A stretch of DNA of 59,328 nucleotides from Elusimicrobiota bacterium (GTDB lineage Bacteria; Elusimicrobiota; Elusimicrobia; F11): the NCBI GenBank assembly GCA_003140895.1, contig PLLH01000035.1, positions 1 through 59,328 of the forward strand. Direction: 5' to 3'. The position numbers and the translations under genes are program-made. The notes under the pieces are model-generated. The model did not search any database. It had not been told where the DNA came from and saw nothing but the letters and a program-made list of their open reading frames with translations. Each line of letters opens with the position of its first letter. Positions within the stretch are counted from its first letter, which is position 1. This document shows, in pieces, positions 37,491 to 45,438 of this stretch.

Positions 37491-39549
37491 TCACTTTCAA
37501 CTTTTGCCCCATGCGCTGCCGGGCTTGTTCCAGATAGACGCCGGCGGAAGGATGCCGTGGATCGCGGCGAAGAACCTCTTCAAGATATGACAGGACCTTG
37601 GGCCAATCCTTCTCATGCCAGGATAACACCGCCAAGTTATACACCGGGTCGGCCACATGAGGGAACAGGCGTGCCGATTGCTCATATTGGGCGCGGGCCT
37701 CGTTCGGACGTCCCGATTTCTCCAAAACAACCCCCAAATTTCCCTGCGCTTGCGAATTCATCGGATCGAACCGAATCAATTCGCGATACACACGTTCCGC
37801 CGCGGCGTATTGCCCCGACTGAAAAAAATTAAAGGCGATCTTGGCGTAGTCAAACCCCAAATTGGTTTTAAGCCAATCCACGCCCTCTCCTATCGATTGA
37901 GCTCGCCGGAAAAACAACAATCCCTCATCGATCAAGCCATCGGCCAACAACGATTTCCCATTCATATACGGGAAAAAGGCCGCCAAGGCGCGCGTTCGGT
38001 AATCGGTCGGATGAACCGGATAAAGAGACCGCAAAATCATCACCGGCCATGGAATCGGCCTTAAATCCGATGATGGAACCGCCAGCAGAAACCCGGATGG
38101 AGCCAACGTCACGCCCGGAAGCGCTTTTTCATCCAACGTCGAGTAATAAAGGGGTTTCACGCCAAGATAGGCCTTCTCGACCTGCTCGCGCCGGTTTGTT
38201 TTCTCTTCCTTTGGGATATGACGAAAATCATCTCCGTACACGTTATGAAAAATGAGCCCGCCCCGGTCGTGCAGCTCGACGTCCGGTCTCTTCCCCATGC
38301 CGTATTGAAGATACGCCAAGCTATAAAAAGCGTCGTCTCCGCCGTCCATGAACAACACGGAACGCGGCGGGAGCGTCCGGAGCATGGTTTGTCCGTAGTC
38401 ATACACCAGTTTGGCGTTCCGATGGGACGAGGCCTCCGCCCATCCGCGCGTCACAGGAACCGCCGTCAAGAGAAGCACCAACACCGTTCCAACCCAGGCG
38501 TGAAACATCCCCATCTCAACCAAGCCCAATAAAAGCGCCATCACGGGCATGATGAAAAACCGCCCCATGATGCCTTCCGATTGGGCGGTAAAGGGAAGAT
38601 TGGAGAGGAGATAAAACAAGGGGCCGGTAAAAAAGAACATCGCCAAGAGCGCCGAATAAAAGGGCTTGTTTCGGCGAAGCCCCAACAGAAGTCCCGCCGC
38701 CCCCAAAAGAAGAATCGGCCACGGCATCTCCCGATTGAGCTGGCGTCCAAACGTCGCGAGATGCCGCCCCGTATTGGCCAACGACCGTTCCGGCGCGTCT
38801 CCGATCGACAGTTTCAATGAACCATAATCTTTTCGAGTGATCGTTCGATATAAATTGCTGACAGTCGTTGGGTGCCCCCAATTGAGAGGCGGCTCCTTTG
38901 CCGAGCGGATGGGCAACGCCAAATAAATTGAAAATCCCAACAGAAAAAAGCCGGCGCAAAGAAAAAGGGACTTCGTCCCGACGGACTTCGTCCCGAAACG
39001 TGATCGATAAAACCATGCGAAAGCAATGAGCGATGGAATAAGAAAAACCAAAACCTGATGATTCCCGAGCCCGAGCCCCAGCAAGAAGGAAAATAAGAAA
39101 AATCGCGAAAGTGAAGACGTATCACCGGCAGAGAGAAGAATAAACAAAAGAAAAGTCACCAAACATGTGTTCAGAGAAAACACTTCCGTGACCAAACTGT
39201 TCATCCAAAACGAGGTTGAAAAAGCGATCAGGCAGACCGTCGACACGGACACCCAAAGCCCGGCTTTCAACCGGCGGGCGATCAGGAAAAGGAAGAGAAG
39301 GGATAGGCTCGACGTCAGGCTGGAGAAAATATTGAGCCGGACCGAGGCCGCGCCCCACGGCACCAACTCCAGAAACACCCGCCCCAACACCATATAAAGC
39401 GGGAATGACGGCGCGTGCGCCAACGACAACGTCGCCACGGACGTCATAAACTCACCGGAATCCCCCGCCGTGACGCAGGAGGCCGCCTGATGGAGGTAAA
39501 GGCCAAACGATCCGAGAAAAACGGCCAGTAACACGATCTTGTTCTTCAA
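37477..39549 (-). CDS. DUF2723 (TMEM260-like) GT-C membrane protein with C-terminal TPR domain, second copy
   Basis: ...TAGDSGEFMTSVATLSLAHAPSFPLYMVLG..., polytopic, with C-terminal TPR repeats. The TTG start forms a TTGA overlap with the upstream stop. Confidence 0.7.
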   Translation of the reverse strand: MKNKIVLLAVFLGSFGLYLHQAASCVTAGDSGEFMTSVATLSLAHAPSFPLYMVLGRVFLELVPWGAASVRLNIFSSLTSSLSLLFLFLIARRLKAGLWVSVSTVCLIAFSTSFWMNSLVTEVFSLNTCLVTFLLFILLSAGDTSSLSRFFLFSFLLGLGLGNHQVLVFLIPSLIAFAWFYRSRFGTKSVGTKSLFLCAGFFLLGFSIYLALPIRSAKEPPLNWGHPTTVSNLYRTITRKDYGSLKLSIGDAPERSLANTGRHLATFGRQLNREMPWPILLLGAAGLLLGLRRNKPFYSALLAMFFFTGPLFYLLSNLPFTAQSEGIMGRFFIMPVMALLLGLVEMGMFHAWVGTVLVLLLTAVPVTRGWAEASSHRNAKLVYDYGQTMLRTLPPRSVLFMDGGDDAFYSLAYLQYGMGKRPDVELHDRGGLIFHNVYGDDFRHIPKEEKTNRREQVEKAYLGVKPLYYSTLDEKALPGVTLAPSGFLLAVPSSDLRPIPWPVMILRSLYPVHPTDYRTRALAAFFPYMNGKSLLADGLIDEGLLFFRRAQSIGEGVDWLKTNLGFDYAKIAFNFFQSGQYAAAERVYRELIRFDPMNSQAQGNLGVVLEKSGRPNEARAQYEQSARLFPHVADPVYNLAVLSWHEKDWPKVLSYLEEVLRRDPRHPSAGVYLEQARQRMGQKLKVNGIK

Positions 39550-41618
39550 GGCAATCCTTTTTTCTTTCGAAGAAATAATTCAACCGTCAGAAAGAGAAGA
39601 CCCAACAAAAGGAGGACCGGAGAATTCCAAACGAGCACTTTTTTCCCCACGTTTTGAGCCACGTCCGCGTGAAATTCATTGAGCGACGATTCCGTCACGT
39701 CTTCCGCGGTTAAAAACCGCCCCCCGGTTGCCTTCGCCATTTCGTTCAACAACGAAAAGTCAGGCCGCAAATCTTCCTCTTCATTATGGCTCTCTTTGAC
39801 CTGAACGTTGATTTTATCATCCCCGTAGACGTTTCCACCCCGGAACGCCCACGCTTTGATGGTAAACGCCCCCAATTGATCAGGTTTAAAAAGACAGGAA
39901 TAGACCCCCGTCGTTTCCTGGCGCGCCGGAAGCGGCCCTTTTTTACCGTCGGGAAGCGTCACCTCGACACGCACATCCACGCCGGAGAGAGGCTTGAAAT
40001 AATCGTCATACACCCAGATCCGGAGCGCCTGTTCTTCGCCTTCTTTAATATTTTTTTCGTCAAAGGCCATCCGAACCGGTTTAAACTCATCCGAATGCGT
40101 GAGCCAGAGCACCATGTTTTTCCAAAACTGCTGATAGCTGTCGAACGACAACGCGTTCTCTGATGGAATCATCGACCAACGCCAGGTGGTGCGGGTCGAC
40201 AGCGCTCCCACCCGCCCTTTTCCCACCCGCCATACCGTTAAGACCGGCGCTTCTTTTCCGTCGATCAACGCGGTTCCCAGCACCGTGGCGCCCGGCTTGA
40301 CACCGGGCAAAATCGTCAGGCCGTCCAACGGCGGAAGTCCCTCCCACATTTTTTTGTTCCTCTCGGGATTCTCATCCAACCGGAGAATCGGATGAGACAG
40401 CGCCTTCGGCACGAATCGAAACGTCTCCTCGGTTGTCTTGACCGGCATCGAACCGAATTGAACCGGGAGAAGTTCATTCGACCCGGGAAGCGCGTAATCG
40501 CTTCCGGCGCCGAAGACGACCGGCCCCCCCATCAAAAGAAAACTCCCGCCCCCTTCCACTTTCCGCCGGATGGCCTCCATGATCCCGGGCATGAGGCCGT
40601 ATTGGCGGTAGGAAAATTCTTCAAACACAACCAGGTCGAACGTGGGCATCTGCTGGACAAGCGCTTCTTGCGTCGGAAACGGAATCAGCGACAGTTCCGA
40701 ATCCGGAACCGACACGATATTCCCGGCGTTCCGTAAGATCACGAACGTCACCAACTCAACCGCCGGGTCCGCTTTAAATTGATGCCGGAGAAATCCGTAT
40801 TCGGGGCCCGGCTGGCCGCAGATATACAGAACTCGAAACCGGTCACGGCCGACGTCCAACGTGATATCCCTTTTATTATTCAAAAACGTCGCTTCACCGG
40901 CGTATTGCCCCACCTCGACGGTCAAATTCTTTGTTCCGATGCGGGGTGGCGTCCATGAGAAGTTGACCGTTGTTTCGGCTTCATGATCGGTCACGTGAAT
41001 TTGTTGCAGTGAAAGAACGTCATCTCCGTCCCGAAGCTTCACGGAAATATCTTTCCCTTCAAATCCGGTGGCCGCGATCGTCGCGGCGAGCGAGGTTTGA
41101 ATATTCTTGAAGGCGAAAGGCGGCGCTTGAATATGACGAACGGCAATGTCTTTGAACATCTGTTTATTCCCAAGCCCGATCAACAGCAACGGGCGTCCGG
41201 CCGCCGCGGCGGCCGACACCGGGTCGCCTGATCCCACCTGGCGGCCATCCGTTAATAGAACGGCGCCCCGAAACCGGTCTTCCCCAAGAACGGTTTTAAG
41301 AGCCGACGCCATGTCCGTTTTTGAACCTGTTGCTTCCAGTTTTTTCACGTCCGCCTCGGTTTTCAATTCCGTCACTCGATCGGAGAAGGAAAAAAGTTGC
41401 GTTCGAGGGAAGGACTTGCGCACCATCGGCAGGAGGCGTTGGGCGGCGGCCAGCCGCATCTCCTGATCCTGAACGCGCATGCTGCGAGACGTATCCACAA
41501 GAACGGCCCAAGCGGACGGAAGGCTCGGATCGGGACGCGTGACCACCGGTTTCATCATGAGAACGGCGGCCACGATGAAAAAGAGACCGCGAAGAACCCA
41601 AAGAAGTTTATTTGTCAT
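39546..41618 (-). CDS. Membrane-anchored VWA-like / class-I-glutamine-amidotransferase-like protein (Bat-cluster type)
   Basis: 690 aa. N-terminal TM, VWA-like start AVLVDTSRSM...LLTDGRQ, the central motif FDLVVFEE...VEGGGSFLLMGG, and a C-terminal TM. Confidence 0.65.
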   Translation of the reverse strand: MTNKLLWVLRGLFFIVAAVLMMKPVVTRPDPSLPSAWAVLVDTSRSMRVQDQEMRLAAAQRLLPMVRKSFPRTQLFSFSDRVTELKTEADVKKLEATGSKTDMASALKTVLGEDRFRGAVLLTDGRQVGSGDPVSAAAAAGRPLLLIGLGNKQMFKDIAVRHIQAPPFAFKNIQTSLAATIAATGFEGKDISVKLRDGDDVLSLQQIHVTDHEAETTVNFSWTPPRIGTKNLTVEVGQYAGEATFLNNKRDITLDVGRDRFRVLYICGQPGPEYGFLRHQFKADPAVELVTFVILRNAGNIVSVPDSELSLIPFPTQEALVQQMPTFDLVVFEEFSYRQYGLMPGIMEAIRRKVEGGGSFLLMGGPVVFGAGSDYALPGSNELLPVQFGSMPVKTTEETFRFVPKALSHPILRLDENPERNKKMWEGLPPLDGLTILPGVKPGATVLGTALIDGKEAPVLTVWRVGKGRVGALSTRTTWRWSMIPSENALSFDSYQQFWKNMVLWLTHSDEFKPVRMAFDEKNIKEGEEQALRIWVYDDYFKPLSGVDVRVEVTLPDGKKGPLPARQETTGVYSCLFKPDQLGAFTIKAWAFRGGNVYGDDKINVQVKESHNEEEDLRPDFSLLNEMAKATGGRFLTAEDVTESSLNEFHADVAQNVGKKVLVWNSPVLLLLGLLFLTVELFLRKKKGLP

Positions 41619-41629
41619 AACGATTCACG

Positions 41630-44446
41630 CTAATATCCCAATTTACGTTCGATAAACGGTTGATGGATCGCGTCCCGTTTGTAGGTTCCAGTCAAACTAA
41701 AGTAAATGACGTTGACCGTGAGTTTGAACGAATCCCACCGCTGGGGTTCCCCCCCGGGTTCGCACACAAAAGTGTATTGGCCCAATTGATCGCGCATCCA
41801 GGCCCCCAGTAAATCGTTGGGGCAATAAATGACCGCGGTCCGGGCTTCGCCGCCCCGCCCGCCGATGTCCAACCCCTCCAGCGTGTTTTCCGAAATCCGC
41901 CGGCCGCCGACATTTCTCAACAAAAAGAAGGAACGAAAGATCGGATGATCGAGCGGAAGTTTTTGAAATGTTTTATCAGGAAAAAGCTCCGACATCAGTT
42001 TCCGAACCGATTGGCCGAAGGGCCCGTTTTTATCGGCCAAGGTATCGTCGAAAAAGACAAAACCGCCGCGTTCAATGAATTGCTTAAGTCTGTTTTTCTC
42101 TTCTCCGGAAAAGGGCAACACCGCGTTCCCCTTCACGATCAGGAACGGAGATTCGAAGAGAGCGGAGTCCCGGAGCGTCACGACTTTCCGATCGGCGACG
42201 AGAGGGATATTGGTCATCGACTGAAGCATCTCAAAGATTTTCTCGTGAACCGATGGATACGGATCCCATGCCCCATCGTATTTGAGCTGCGTATAGACAA
42301 ACGCGTTCGCGGTGCCTCCCACACTCGGCGAAGGAAAAAGGGGACAGAGGAGGAGTAATACCGCCGCTCCTCGCACGGCGCGCCAGCGTTCAAACGTCCA
42401 GGAGAGAGCCGTCTCAACCAGGAAGAAGAGGATCAGAAGAACAAGAAGAACCTTCGTCAAATCCCATCCTTGAAGAGCGGAGAGGATGCGTTCCGGCGTG
42501 TTGCGCTGAACCGACATGACCGTCACGGAGGACCGGGGAAAAATAGTTTTCAGTTCTCCCTCCGTGACACGCGTTAAATCTCCCTCCCGGCCAGCGTCTT
42601 TGATATGTACCGCCACAAATAAATCGGATTCTTTTCGCTCCGTTCGAATCCGGTAGAGCCCGGGAACCGATGGGGTGGGCCCTTCCATGAGGCCATCCTC
42701 ATCAACCCGACCCCCGCTCACAGAGCCGTCCGGAGAAACGACGGACAGGCGCTGCACCCCAGGGGCCAGCCGAACCCGAATGGGTTCCCCGACAAATCCG
42801 TTTAAGGAGGATTCCTCTCGTGACGGATCCGCCAAGCGGGACAGGAGCTCCCGCATGAGCGGAGCAAACAAGGGTTTGGTGGGAAAATTGGACCAATCCC
42901 GGTCCACCGTCGTCGACAAACAGAGAACCGTTCCCTTTCCATATCGTTTCAGGAAAAGAAGCGGCGACCCGTTTTTTAATTTCAACAAAACCTCAGTGGA
43001 AGAATCCGGTTCGAGCGGCGCGTATTGGCTCACTCGCGCCTCAGACCACTCAAACTCGTCCAGACCCGTCACGTCTGAGAGGAAAGATTTTTTAGAATCC
43101 GGAGATCCCAGCCCCGGCGCTTCCAGGGATTGGGAAGAAACAACGCTTTTTTTAAAATGGAACAACCCGAAGGGCGACGAGGGCGCCCCCGCCCATTTCC
43201 CCCCGGCTGTAAGAAACAGTCCGCCTCCTCCCTCAATCCACTTAAGCAGTTTTTCTTGCGTCTCAATGGGACCCAACGTATTCGCCAACACAATGACATC
43301 GAATTGATCCAGGGACACCATCGGCAGGGATTCCGGGCGAATGACTTGAATCGATTGAAGCCGCGGATCGCGCCGCGACTCCAGCGCCGACTTGAGGTAA
43401 TACGTCTCAGAATCAGACGGCGCCAAGCCGCCTTCACCGTCGACGATCAAAAGGCGAAACCCTTTGGACATCCGGCCGGCCACATACATCACATCGTCAA
43501 ACGGAAGGGCGTCCGCCGTGAGGCTCACCTTGCCGGAATACACGCCGCCTTCCGGCAAACGCGCCTCCAGCGGAACCGTTTCCGTCTCATTCCCCGTGGA
43601 GGAAAGCTGGCCTTGTTCGATCACGCGCCCGTTCATTTCAAGGCGCCACACGTTGGCGGCGCCGGCGGAGGAATGGCGTCGGACAACGAACTGCCCTTTG
43701 AGCGTGCCTTCTTCTCCCGGCTGAAGGGACGCCTCGGCGATGCCGACGTTAGGGACTTTTTCCACCACCTCCGACACAAGAACATCGACATCCGGGTCAT
43801 ACCCGTCCCAACGGCCGCCCGCCTCAAGCCCTTTCAACCATCCGTGCCGCGCGTTGTCCGATAAAATAAGAAGCGACCGCCGGCCGCGCGGTGCGTTGGC
43901 CAACAAGCTCATCCCTGATTTAAGAGCCGGCAAAATATCCGTTCCGCGAGGAAGGACCGTCAACTCATCGACGGCGGATATCAGTTTGGCCCGGTCCGTG
44001 GTGGGCGCCCATTCTTTGTCGATCTGATTGGACGTGGAGACCAACCCAACGCGGGTGGAAGGCGGGAGCGCCCGCAACACGGCTTTGAATTCGTCTTGGG
44101 CCATTTCCAACGCGGACCGCCCCGCTGACACCGCCCCCATCGACGCCGAGACGTCCATGAGAACCACCAGCGTGGATTCGTCCGATTTGGATTTAAACGG
44201 GCTTCCCCCATGAAAAACAGGACGCGTAAAAAACAGGATCAGGAAGAAGAAGAGGAGAGACCTGAGAACCAACAAAAGTATTTCCCTCAACCGTTTCCTC
44301 GGCATGAACGATTGGTGGGCTTGTTTGAGCCATTCAATATGGCTGAACACCATTTTTTTAGGTTTTTTCTTAAACAGGAAATGAAGAACCAAGGGAATGA
44401 ACCCCAGAGGAAGCGCCCAGAGGAAAAGAGGACTGAGGAACGTCAC
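41630..44446 (-). CDS. BatA_N double-TM + VWA + GATase-like protein fused to a C-terminal DUF4159-like module
   Basis: The N-terminus (from GTG 44446) TFLSPLFLWALPLGFIPLVLHFL is BatA_N-like. VWA start VVLMDVSASMG, then FDVIVLAN...IEGGGGLFLTAGG, an internal TM plus a signal-like stretch near aa 670-715, then FVYTQLKYDGAWDPYP...FLIVKGN...ERGGFVFFDD (DUF4159-like). The track start is GTG 44464. GTG 44446 gives a GTGA overlap. Confidence 0.7.
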   Translation of the reverse strand: MTFLSPLFLWALPLGFIPLVLHFLFKKKPKKMVFSHIEWLKQAHQSFMPRKRLREILLLVLRSLLFFFLILFFTRPVFHGGSPFKSKSDESTLVVLMDVSASMGAVSAGRSALEMAQDEFKAVLRALPPSTRVGLVSTSNQIDKEWAPTTDRAKLISAVDELTVLPRGTDILPALKSGMSLLANAPRGRRSLLILSDNARHGWLKGLEAGGRWDGYDPDVDVLVSEVVEKVPNVGIAEASLQPGEEGTLKGQFVVRRHSSAGAANVWRLEMNGRVIEQGQLSSTGNETETVPLEARLPEGGVYSGKVSLTADALPFDDVMYVAGRMSKGFRLLIVDGEGGLAPSDSETYYLKSALESRRDPRLQSIQVIRPESLPMVSLDQFDVIVLANTLGPIETQEKLLKWIEGGGGLFLTAGGKWAGAPSSPFGLFHFKKSVVSSQSLEAPGLGSPDSKKSFLSDVTGLDEFEWSEARVSQYAPLEPDSSTEVLLKLKNGSPLLFLKRYGKGTVLCLSTTVDRDWSNFPTKPLFAPLMRELLSRLADPSREESSLNGFVGEPIRVRLAPGVQRLSVVSPDGSVSGGRVDEDGLMEGPTPSVPGLYRIRTERKESDLFVAVHIKDAGREGDLTRVTEGELKTIFPRSSVTVMSVQRNTPERILSALQGWDLTKVLLVLLILFFLVETALSWTFERWRAVRGAAVLLLLCPLFPSPSVGGTANAFVYTQLKYDGAWDPYPSVHEKIFEMLQSMTNIPLVADRKVVTLRDSALFESPFLIVKGNAVLPFSGEEKNRLKQFIERGGFVFFDDTLADKNGPFGQSVRKLMSELFPDKTFQKLPLDHPIFRSFFLLRNVGGRRISENTLEGLDIGGRGGEARTAVIYCPNDLLGAWMRDQLGQYTFVCEPGGEPQRWDSFKLTVNVIYFSLTGTYKRDAIHQPFIERKLGY

Positions 44447-45330
44447 AGGCGCGCCGACCTCCACGACAAATACGCTCCCAATCCTTTATCGAACGGAGTA
44501 TCCGTGGTGAGAAAATGATAATCCAATCCGGCGCTTCGAAAAACGTGAGCCAACGTCGCCAATTTTTCTTGAACAAGGCGCTGATACGCCGCTCGAATCA
44601 CATCCGGATCGGATTGAAGCGTTTCACCCGTCTCCACATCTTCAAACACAATCGGCCCCGAGAAAGGCAAGTCTCGTTCGGCGGGGTCGAACACGTTCAA
44701 AACAATGACCTCGTGTTTCCGGGCGTGAAGGGCCAAGAGCGTCGACACGGTTTTCTCGGAGTCGGCCATGAGATCGGAGATCACAATCAACATCGATCGT
44801 TTCCGAGAAAGAGGCCCCACTGAATCCGCCAAGGCCGACACGTTCCAAATTCCCTGCGGCTGAACAGACTCCAACGAGGCGAAAAAAGGGTCCAGATGAG
44901 ACCGGGAGCTGTTGGCCTGCAAAACAGTTCCTCGAGATAAAAGACCCACCCCATCCCGCTGAGAAATGAGGAGATACCCCAACGCCGCCGCCAGCGTCTT
45001 GGCGTAATCCAGTTTGCTGAGACGCCCCCCCCACGAACATCCCATGGACGCCGAATCATCCAACAAAATCATCGAGGCCATGTTGGTCTCTTCTTCGTAT
45101 TTTTTGATCACGAGCCGGTCGGTGCGGCCAAACGCTTTCCAGTCGATTCCCTTTAAATCGTCTCCGGGATGATACGCCCGGTGTTCGGAAAAATCCTGGG
45201 AGTTTCCGTGGATGGGATTTTCATGATGGCCGGAATAAAGGCCGTCCAAAATGCGACGGGCCCGGAGTTGGAGGTTCCCCAACTGAGCGATGACAACGGG
45301 GTCGAGGGGTGATGGGTGTTGAGAATTCAT
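44443..45330 (-). CDS. DUF58 family protein (MoxR-associated, VWA-like)
   Basis: The core ...GNSQDFSEHRAYHPGDDLKGIDWKAFGRTDRLVIKKYEEE...ILLDDSASMG is typical of DUF58. The track start 45348 is TTG. ATG 45330 is preferred. Confidence 0.85.
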   Translation of the reverse strand: MNSQHPSPLDPVVIAQLGNLQLRARRILDGLYSGHHENPIHGNSQDFSEHRAYHPGDDLKGIDWKAFGRTDRLVIKKYEEETNMASMILLDDSASMGCSWGGRLSKLDYAKTLAAALGYLLISQRDGVGLLSRGTVLQANSSRSHLDPFFASLESVQPQGIWNVSALADSVGPLSRKRSMLIVISDLMADSEKTVSTLLALHARKHEVIVLNVFDPAERDLPFSGPIVFEDVETGETLQSDPDVIRAAYQRLVQEKLATLAHVFRSAGLDYHFLTTDTPFDKGLGAYLSWRSARL

Positions 45331-45360
45331 GATGAGCAACTCGTTCAACTTTTGTTAAGT

Positions 45361-45434
45361 CGGGGGCGTCGGGCGGGTCTGGTGAAGCGACTCAACAACG
45401 TATGGAGCGAAACCAGATCCGCCCGACGCCCCCG
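45361..45434 (-). promoter_or_regulatory. Long GC-rich intercistronic stem-loop between moxR and the DUF58 gene
   Basis: Arms at 45362-45383 (GGGGGCGTCGGGCGGGTCTGGT) and 45412-45433 (ACCAGATCCGCCCGACGCCCCC). They are complementary at 21 of 22 positions plus one flanking pair, with a 28-nt loop and no U-tract. Confidence 0.55.
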
Positions 45435-45438
45435 CTGG

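Noticed and set aside
43130-43864. 244-aa plus-strand ORF opposite the BatA_N/VWA gene (and the similar 42675-43307 ORF)
   Set aside because: These are shadow ORFs in GC-balanced DNA with no motif and no RBS. The minus strand encodes recognisable VWA/GATase-like domains.
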